DNA of 15,520 nt, taken from Octopus sinensis (lineage: Eukaryota). The notes under the pieces are model-generated. The model searched no databases. It saw only the letters and a program-made list of their open reading frames with translations, and was not told the origin of the DNA. Position numbers and translations under genes: made by a program. Within the stretch, counting starts at the first letter, position 1, and each line of letters begins with the position of its first letter. Shown here in pieces: positions 9,196 through 15,520 of this stretch. The stretch covers positions 1-15,520 of the forward strand of contig NW_021825648.1 in assembly GCF_006345805.1 (NCBI RefSeq), in the 5' to 3' direction.

Positions 9196-10510
9196 CTAGC
9201 AGGATTGTCCGGTGTTGCTCGGGTTTGTTTCGACCTTTTAGAATTAGAATTTTTGAAAAGTAAAAAATTTGCATTATGTAGCTTGTTATTCTCTTTAGGT
9301 GAACATTTTTCTGGTTGAAATACACCGAAAAATAGCGACACGGCTATCAAAAAATCGTAAAAAATAGGGATTTTCATAGAAAAAAAACACCCTTTTTGAT
9401 GTAAATAATTTTTGGTGTTAACATGGTCCGATTTGAATTTATTTTCTACGGAATGAAGAGCAAGCCTTCTTCTATCATACTCTCAATTTAGGTCAACTTG
9501 CGGCGCATGGTCTCAGAGGAGATAGTGTTAGTTGAAGGCTACCAAACCTGCCTTACACATACAGACAACTTCAGCTTTATAAATAGTAAAAAATAGGGAA
9601 TTTCATAGAAAGAAAAGCACCTTTTTTAAGTAAATAATTTTTGGTGTTAACATGGTCCGCTTCGAATTTTATTTTCTACGGAATGAAGAGCAAGCCTTCT
9701 TCTATCATACTCTCAATTTTGGTCAACTTGCACCGCAGGGTCTCGGAGGAGATAGTGTTAGTTGAAGGCTACCGAACCTGCCTTACACATACAGATAACT
9801 TCAGCTTTATAAATCGTAAAAAATTGGGATTTTCATAAAAAAAAGCACCCTTTTGATGTAAATAATTTTTGGTGTTAACATGGTCTGATTTGAATTTTAT
9901 CTTCTACGGAATGAAGAGCAAGCCTTCTTCTATCATACTCTTAATTTTGATCAACTTGCGGCGCAGGGTCTCGGAGGAGATAGTGTTAGTTGAAGGCTAC
10001 CAAACCTGCCTTACACATACAGACAACTTCAGAATTATAAATCGTAAAAAATAGGGATTTTTATAGAAAAAAAGCACCTTTTTGATGTAAATAATTTTTG
10101 GTGTTAACATGGTCCAATTTGAATTTTATCTTCTACGGAATGAAGAGCAAGCCTTCTTCTATCATACTCTCAATTTTGGTCAACCTGCACCACAGGGTCT
10201 CGGAGGAGATAGAGTTAGTTGAATGCTACCAAAAAATAGGGATTTTCATAGAAAAAAAGCACGTTTTTGATGTAAATAATTTTTGGTGTTAACATGTTCG
10301 ATTTGAATTTTATCTTCTACGGAATGAAGAGCAAGCCTTCTTCTATCATACTCTCAATTTTGGTCAACTTGCACCACAGGGTCTCGGAGGAGATAGAGTT
10401 AGTTGAATGCTACCAAAAAATAGGGATTTTCATAGAAAAAAAGCACGTTTTTGATGTAAATAATTTGTGGTGTTAACATGGTCCGATTTGAATTTTATCT
10501 TTTACGGAAT
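9196..10510 (-). mobile_element. Helitron-like family G: one complete ~387-bp element (9196-9582) plus tandem repeats of its 5' ~229 bp
   Basis: Minus-strand 3' end cccgagcaacaccgg...ctgCTAG|T at 9196. Units start at 9352, 9581, 9811 and 10039, followed by ~185-bp deleted units. The minus-strand unit start tataaagctgaagttgtctg resembles the family E 5' end tataaaactgaagttgtgtg. Confidence 0.8.
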
Positions 10511-10881
10511 CTTGGTGGAAGATTTTAATTCAAAACGTATCAAATTATGACATTTGTACTCAGAACCAGAGCCGGTTTTAGCTGGGTTGGTAACGAAAGG
10601 GTTAAAAATATCGCTGTTTAACTTATCCTTTGATGAGGAAGGTCTTTGATGCTAACAATATATAATTCTTCTGTTAAGATGCGTATTTCACTTTCGGAAA
10701 CATTTAGCAATATATCACTCTATCTAGACATTCAAACACCGACATTTTTAATACACTTCTACTTCAAAGGAAAAAAATAAAAACAAAACAGTATTTCTAC
10801 TTGTACTCTTATTTATTGCATTACTAGCGTCATGACCCATCGTTGCCGGGTCATAGTGCTAGTGCATGTATATATATGTAT

Positions 10882-11666
10882 AGGAGTGGCTGTGTGGTAA
10901 GTAGCTTGCTAACCAACCACATGGTTCCGGGTTCAGTCCCACTGCGAGGCACCATGGGCAAGTGTCTTCTGCTATAGCCCCGGGCCGACCAATGCCTTGT
11001 GAGTGAATTTGATAGACAGAAACTGAAAGAAGCCCGTCGTATATATATGTATATATATATATAGGCGCTGGAGTGGCTGTGTGGTAAGTAGCTTGCTTAC
11101 CAACCACATGGTTCCGGGTTCAGTCCCACTGCGTGGCACCTTGGGCGTGGCACCTTGGGCAAGTGTCTTCTGCTATAGCCCCGGGCCGACCAATGCCTTG
11201 TGAGTGAATTTGATAGACAGAAACTGAAAGAAGCCCGTCGTATATATATGTATTATATATAGGCGCTGGAGTGGCTGTGTGGTAAGTAGCTTGCTTACCA
11301 ACCACATGGTTCCGGGTTCAGTCCCACTGCGTGGCACCTTGGGCGTGGCACCTTGGGCAAGTGTCTTCTGCTATAGCCCCGGGCCGACCAATGCCTTGTG
11401 AGTGGATTTGGTAGACGGAAACTGAAAGAAGCCTGTCGTATATATTATATATGTGTGTATGTGTGTGTGTTTGTCCCCCTAGCATTGCTTGACAACCGAT
11501 GCTGGTGTGTTTACGTCCCCGTCACATAGCGGTCCGGCAAAAAGAGACCGATAGAATAAGTACTGGGCTTACAAATAATAATTCCCGGGGTCGATTTGCT
11601 CAACTAAAGGCGGTGCTCCAGCATGGACGCAGTCAAATGACTAAAACAAGTAAAAGAGTAAAAGAG
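10882..11666 (+). mobile_element. SINE family A: two 5' halves (10882-11040, 11064-11241) followed by a full copy (11262-11666)
   Basis: Direct match to 3899-4322, with a taaaagagtaaaagag tail. The second and third heads carry a 14-bp duplication gcgtggcaccttgg. Confidence 0.9.
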
Positions 11667-11707
11667 TATATGTGTACATATTACATGTACATCTATATAT
11701 ATACATA

Positions 11708-12114
11708 CTTTTTTTACTCTTTTACTTGTTTCAGTCATTTGACTGCGGCCATGCTGGAGCACCGCCTTTAGTCGAGCAACTCGACCCCGGGACTTATTCT
11801 TTGTCAGCCCAGTACTTATTCTGTCGGTCTCTTTTTGCCGAACCGCTAGGTGACGGTGGCGTAAACACACCAGCATCGGTTGTCAAGCAATGCTAGGGGA
11901 ACAAACACAGACACACAAACACACACACACATATATATATGTACATATATACGACAGGCTTCTTTCAGTTTCCGTCTACCAAATCCACTCACAAGGCATT
12001 GGTCGGCCCGGGGCTATAGCAGAAGACACTTGCCCAAGATGCCACGCAGTGGGACTGAACCCAGAACCATGTGGTTAGTTTGCAAGCTACTTACCACACA
12101 GCCACTCCTGCGCC
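11708..12114 (-). mobile_element. Full-length SINE family A, minus strand
   Basis: Reverse complement of 3899-4322; the head ends at ctcctgcgcc (12105-12114). Confidence 0.9.
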
Positions 12115-12650
12115 TATATATATATATATCTACGCATAAAATACAAAATACAAAGTTCTTGATATCGCTAATGATAACAATACTCAAAATATATAACAGA
12201 CTGGAATTGTAGGTCCGTCTCTTGTAATTTCGATCAATTGTATATTGTCCTCCCTCTTGTATAGAAGTGTGGCTACAAATCAGCCTACATCTATTTCTGG
12301 AGGGGGCATTTAGAATTTTTTTCCGGGACGTCCTACGTCCCAGATATAAAGGTAAGAATAAAATATTTCCACTTTGCAAGGTTCGAGTCGAGTACTCCCT
12401 TGCATGCTCTGTTGACTCGAACCTTGCTTCTATTGTGGCAAATTTACCACCTCTGATTAGATATCTTTCATAGTGCTAGTGCATGTATATATGTGTATAT
12501 ATATGTGTACATATTACATGTACATCTATATATATATACATCTACACATAAAATACAAAATACAAAGTTATATCTTGATATCGCTAGTGATAACAATACT
12601 CAGACCATGTTATCACTAGAGGTCAGCCGCTTTATCCTGCCAGTCAGACA

Positions 12651-12693
12651 GCTGCAGACATGTTTCAGGGTATTTGCCCTTTATCAATGCAGC
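12651..12693 (-). ncRNA. Minimal type-I hammerhead ribozyme-like motif (U3-A8 variant)
   Basis: Exact reverse complement of 12834-12876. Confidence 0.8.
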
Positions 12694-12833
12694 GTAGTCA
12701 GACCCAGCAGGTGTCGCTACTGACTGTCCCTGTTCGAAGAATCTATTTACCTAGTTTCAGTGGAATACATCCACTTGTTTTCAATAATAGAAATATGGGA
12801 CAGTCAGTAGCGACACCTGCTGGGTCTGACTAC

Positions 12834-12876
12834 GCTGCATTGATAAAGGGCAAATACCCTGAAACATGTCTGCAGC
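12834..12876 (+). ncRNA. Minimal type-I hammerhead ribozyme-like motif (U3-A8 variant)
   Basis: GCUGCA UUGAUAA AGGG-caaaua-CCCU GAAA CAUG UC / UGCAGC: 6-bp stem I, 4-bp stem II, palindromic ACAUGU stem III. Predicted cleavage after C12870. Confidence 0.8.
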
Positions 12877-13101
12877 TGTCTGACTGGCAGGATGAAGCGG
12901 CTGACCTCCCCTGTTCGAAGGTTTATAATGGACGCAGGTTGTGTGTCAAATAGCTAGCTTGAGGCGGTGGCCTCTTGGAGCTAATCAGCGACAGCTTTAG
13001 TCTTATATTTATAAGACTGCCATATAAGTATAGCGATTACTATTAATTCCCAGTAACGCTGCCGTAATCTCTTTTAGAGAGACTTCGTAATTTAATATTT
13101 C

Positions 13102-13139
<38 letters not shown>

Positions 13140-13147
13140 ATATATAT

Positions 13148-13361
13148 GGAAAAAAAAATCAAGATAGAAAATGCTAAAATAATTTCATAAAAAACATTTC
13201 AGTACCGGTTTCAATCATTGAGACATTTTCAACTGTAACAATTAAATATTTAAATGGTTCCTGATCTCTGTTCTAAAGGTTCTAAGAATCCATCCGGTCA
13301 GCCGCCTATATTTCATTGCTAATTTAGCAACATGCACATGAAAGGTTGCATCATCACTCAT
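13148..13361 (-). mobile_element. Hammerhead-bearing dispersed repeat (putative Penelope-like terminal repeat), copy 1
   Basis: Direct repeat of 15316-15520. Both copies follow (TA)n tracts. Confidence 0.65.
13200..13235 (-). ncRNA. Degenerate hammerhead-like motif (U3-A8 variant)
   Basis: Minus strand CAG UUGAAAA UGUC-ucaau-GAUU GAAA CCGG UA / CUG. Stem II is weakened in this copy. Confidence 0.5.
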
Positions 13362-13413
13362 GTAAATACCCGGATTGGCACTAAGGGAGAATGACTTTCC
13401 CCAGACAGAACAG

Positions 13414-13473
13414 AATATATAATTATATAGTATATATATATATGTATATATATATATGTATATATATTATATG

Positions 13474-13556
<83 letters not shown>
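13414..13556. repeat. Interrupted (TA)n microsatellite
   Basis: About 140 bp of TA repeats with occasional G. Another run lies at about 13106-13147. Confidence 0.97.
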
Positions 13557-13558
<2 letters not shown>

Positions 13559-13661
13559 CGGAGTAAACACATAAATGTGAAACAAGGTGGGAAAAAGAGT
13601 ACTCAAATACCAGTGGTAGAGTAATATGCTTTATTTAAAGCAGCAGAAAATTCAACAAAAC

Positions 13662-13699
13662 CTGTTACTCTGAGTTTCACGTTCCCGTTCGTCGGACAG
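13662..13699 (-). ncRNA. Minimal type-I hammerhead ribozyme-like motif (CCGACGA core)
   Basis: Minus strand CUGU CCGACGA ACG-ggaa-CGU GAAA CUCAGAG UA / ACAG. Confidence 0.7.
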
Positions 13700-13729
13700 T
13701 TTTTGCTAAACAGTTTTTGCTAGCAAAAA

Positions 13730-13767
13730 CTGTCCGACGAACGGCAACGTGAAACTCAGAGTAACAG
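13730..13767 (+). ncRNA. Minimal type-I hammerhead ribozyme-like motif (CCGACGA core)
   Basis: CUGU CCGACGA ACG-gcaa-CGU GAAA CUCAGAG UA / ACAG. Stem I extends through AAAA/UUUU, stem II carries a GNRA loop, and predicted cleavage is after A13763. Confidence 0.7.
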
Positions 13768-13812
13768 GTTTTGTTGAATTTTCTGCTGCTTTAAATAAAG
13801 TATATATATATA

Positions 13813-14788
13813 TCTTTATATATAAAAGAAAGGTTGTGTGTCTGTCTAATCCGATTTAGATTCCTAACTACTCCCACATTTTGCGGTGCAGTTTAACCAA
13901 AACCGGGTATCTTATAGTCGTGATTCATATCAAGCCCTTCTGGGTATTAGCGCACGTCTACAATGAGTCTACGATTTTAAAAATAATTTACCATCATTTT
14001 TTTCCATTTTAATGCATTTTTTACTATTTTTTGGCTATAACTCTCTAAAAATGCTTTATAGTTATTTCCCTTACAAACCCGAGCAACGTCGGGCGATACT
14101 GCTAGTTTTATATAAAAGTAAGGTTGTGTGTCTGTCTACTCCGATTTAGATTCCTAACTACTCCCACATTTTGCGGTGCAGTTTAACCAAAAGCGGATAT
14201 CTTATAGTCGTGATTCATATCAAGTCCTTCTGGGTATTAGCGCGCGTCTACAATGAGTCTACGATTTTGAAAAAAGATTACCATCATTTTTTTTTCCATT
14301 TTAATGCATTTTTTACTATTTTTTGCTATAACTCTCTAAAATGCTTTATAGTTATTTCCCTTACAAACCCGAGCAACGTCGGCGATACTGCTAGTTTTAT
14401 ATAAAAGTAAGGTTTTGTGTCTGTCTACTCCGATTTAGATTCCTAACTACTCCCACATTTTGTGGCGTGCAGTTTAACCAAAAGCGGATATCTTATAGTC
14501 GTGATTCATATCAAGTCCTTCTGGGTATTAGCGCGCGTCTACAATGAGTCTACGATTTTGAAAAAAGATTACCATCATTTTTTTCCATTTTAATGCATAT
14601 TTTTTTAAATATAAGGGAAGTAACTCTCTAAAAATGTCTACGATGAGTCAACGATTTAAAAAAAAATTTACCATAATTTTTCTTTACATTTTTAATGCAT
14701 TTTTTGCTATTTTTTGGCTATAACTCTCTAAATCTGCTTTATAGTTATTTCCCTTACAAACCCGAGCAACGCCGGGCGATACTGCTAG
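13813..14788 (+). mobile_element. Helitron-like family E, head-to-tail array of 3 units
   Basis: A|TC start at 13813, hairpin + CTAG ending at 14105, 14394 and 14788, followed by T. The third unit has an extra internal subrepeat. Confidence 0.88.
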
Positions 14789-14796
14789 TATATATA

Positions 14797-15296
14797 TCTA
14801 TATATATAAAACTCTAGTTGTGTGAGTGTCTGTCCCCTTCGATTTAGATTCCTAACTCCTCCCACATTTTGCGGTGCGTTTAACCAAATTCGGGTATCTT
14901 ATAGTCGTGATTCATATCGAGCCCGTCTGACTATTAGCGCGCGTCAACGATGAGTCTACGATTTAAAAAAAATTTAACATCATTTTTTTATTCCATTTAA
15001 TGCATAAAATGCATCGTATGTCGATGGCGGCGGAGTTGGCGTCCACGCTCACAGCTGCACCTGTTTGCTTCTCCCCCTTCCCTCCCTCGTGAAGCTGTTG
15101 GGAAGGGAGTGTAAAGAAATCAACGTCGTAATGCGTTGTGAAGGAAACCAGCGTTCTTTTAGAACAACGACTTCATGGCTTGAAGACCCAAAACAAAAAT
15201 GGCTAAGAAAGCCCGAATTTATAAGGAAGTAACTCTTTAAAAATGCTTATATGTTATTTCCCTTACAATCCGAGCAACGCCGGGCGATACTGCTAG
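14797..15296 (+). mobile_element. Helitron-like family E variant with a distinct ~210-bp interior
   Basis: A|TCtatatatataaaa start and ccgagcaacgccggg...CTAG|T end. About 15005-15215 is absent from the other E copies. Confidence 0.85.
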
Positions 15297-15315
15297 TATA
15301 TATATATATATATAT

Positions 15316-15520
15316 GGAAAAAAATCAAATGCTAAAATAATTTTATAAAACATTTCAGTACCGGTTTCAGTCATTGAGGCTTTTTCAACTGTAACAATTA
15401 AATATTTAAATGGTTTCCTGGTCTCTTGTTCTAAAGGTTCTAAGAATCCATCCGGTCAGCCGCCTACATTTCATTGCCAATTTAGCAACATGCACATGAA
15501 AGGTTGCATCATCACTCATG
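15316..15520 (-). mobile_element. Hammerhead-bearing dispersed repeat, copy 2 (window-truncated)
   Basis: Direct repeat of 13148-13361. Confidence 0.65.
15356..15391 (-). ncRNA. Hammerhead-like motif (U3-A8 variant)
   Basis: Minus strand CAG UUGAAAA AGCC-ucaau-GACU GAAA CCGG UA / CUG, with palindromic ACCGGU stem III and one C-A mismatch in stem II. Confidence 0.55.

Larger units (their letters stand above)
10824..12602 (-). mobile_element. Helitron-like family F, minus strand, split by SINE insertions (pieces at about 10824-10881, 11667-11707, 12115-12470) plus a partial tandem copy at 12467-12602
   Basis: The pieces joined are the reverse complement of about 6830-7270. CTAG and hairpin lie at 10824-10853. 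Confidence 0.75.
12619..12908. repeat. 112-bp inverted repeat (12619-12730 / 12797-12908), putative Penelope-like terminal repeat pair
   Basis: Arms are reverse complements with one mismatch seen, separated by a 66-bp spacer. Each arm holds a hammerhead-like motif. Confidence 0.93.
13629..13800. repeat. 80-bp inverted repeat (13629-13708 / 13721-13800), putative Penelope-like fold-back
   Basis: Arms are reverse complements with one mismatch. The 12-bp spacer is a partial duplication of the arm end. Each arm holds a hammerhead-like motif. Confidence 0.93.

Noticed and set aside
9641-10476. Four similar ~60-aa ORFs that look like a small-peptide gene cluster
   Set aside because: They are open frames on the antisense strand of a tandem Helitron-like repeat, mostly with non-ATG starts, and the units differ by frameshifting indels.
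12660-12953. 97-aa ORF across the inverted repeat
   Set aside because: No recognisable RT or GIY-YIG motifs; it spans both arms of an inversion, so it is likely incidental.
13294-13306. ggtcagc(cgc) motif near three hammerhead families (about 6063, 12621, 13296)
   Set aside because: Only 7-10 bp, at inconsistent distance and side relative to the ribozyme, so chance cannot be excluded.

Overview
AT-rich animal non-coding DNA made almost entirely of nested repeats. The repeat families resemble those of octopus/coleoid cephalopods; this is recognition from memory, not a database result. No intact protein-coding gene is supported. The window contains a rearranged C-terminal fragment of an RTE-clade LINE ORF, many copies of three short retroposon families (two with tRNA-like heads), three families of non-autonomous Helitron-like elements (3' hairpin + CTAG, several in head-to-tail arrays) and (TA)n microsatellites. 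The most notable signal is a cluster of minimal type-I hammerhead-ribozyme-like motifs: four unrelated sequence families, seven complete motifs and one truncated. All have non-canonical cores (UUGANAA with a compensated U3-A8 pair, or CCGACGA) and palindromic stem III. Two families lie in near-perfect long inverted repeats, an arrangement typical of Penelope-like element terminal repeats and retrozymes.
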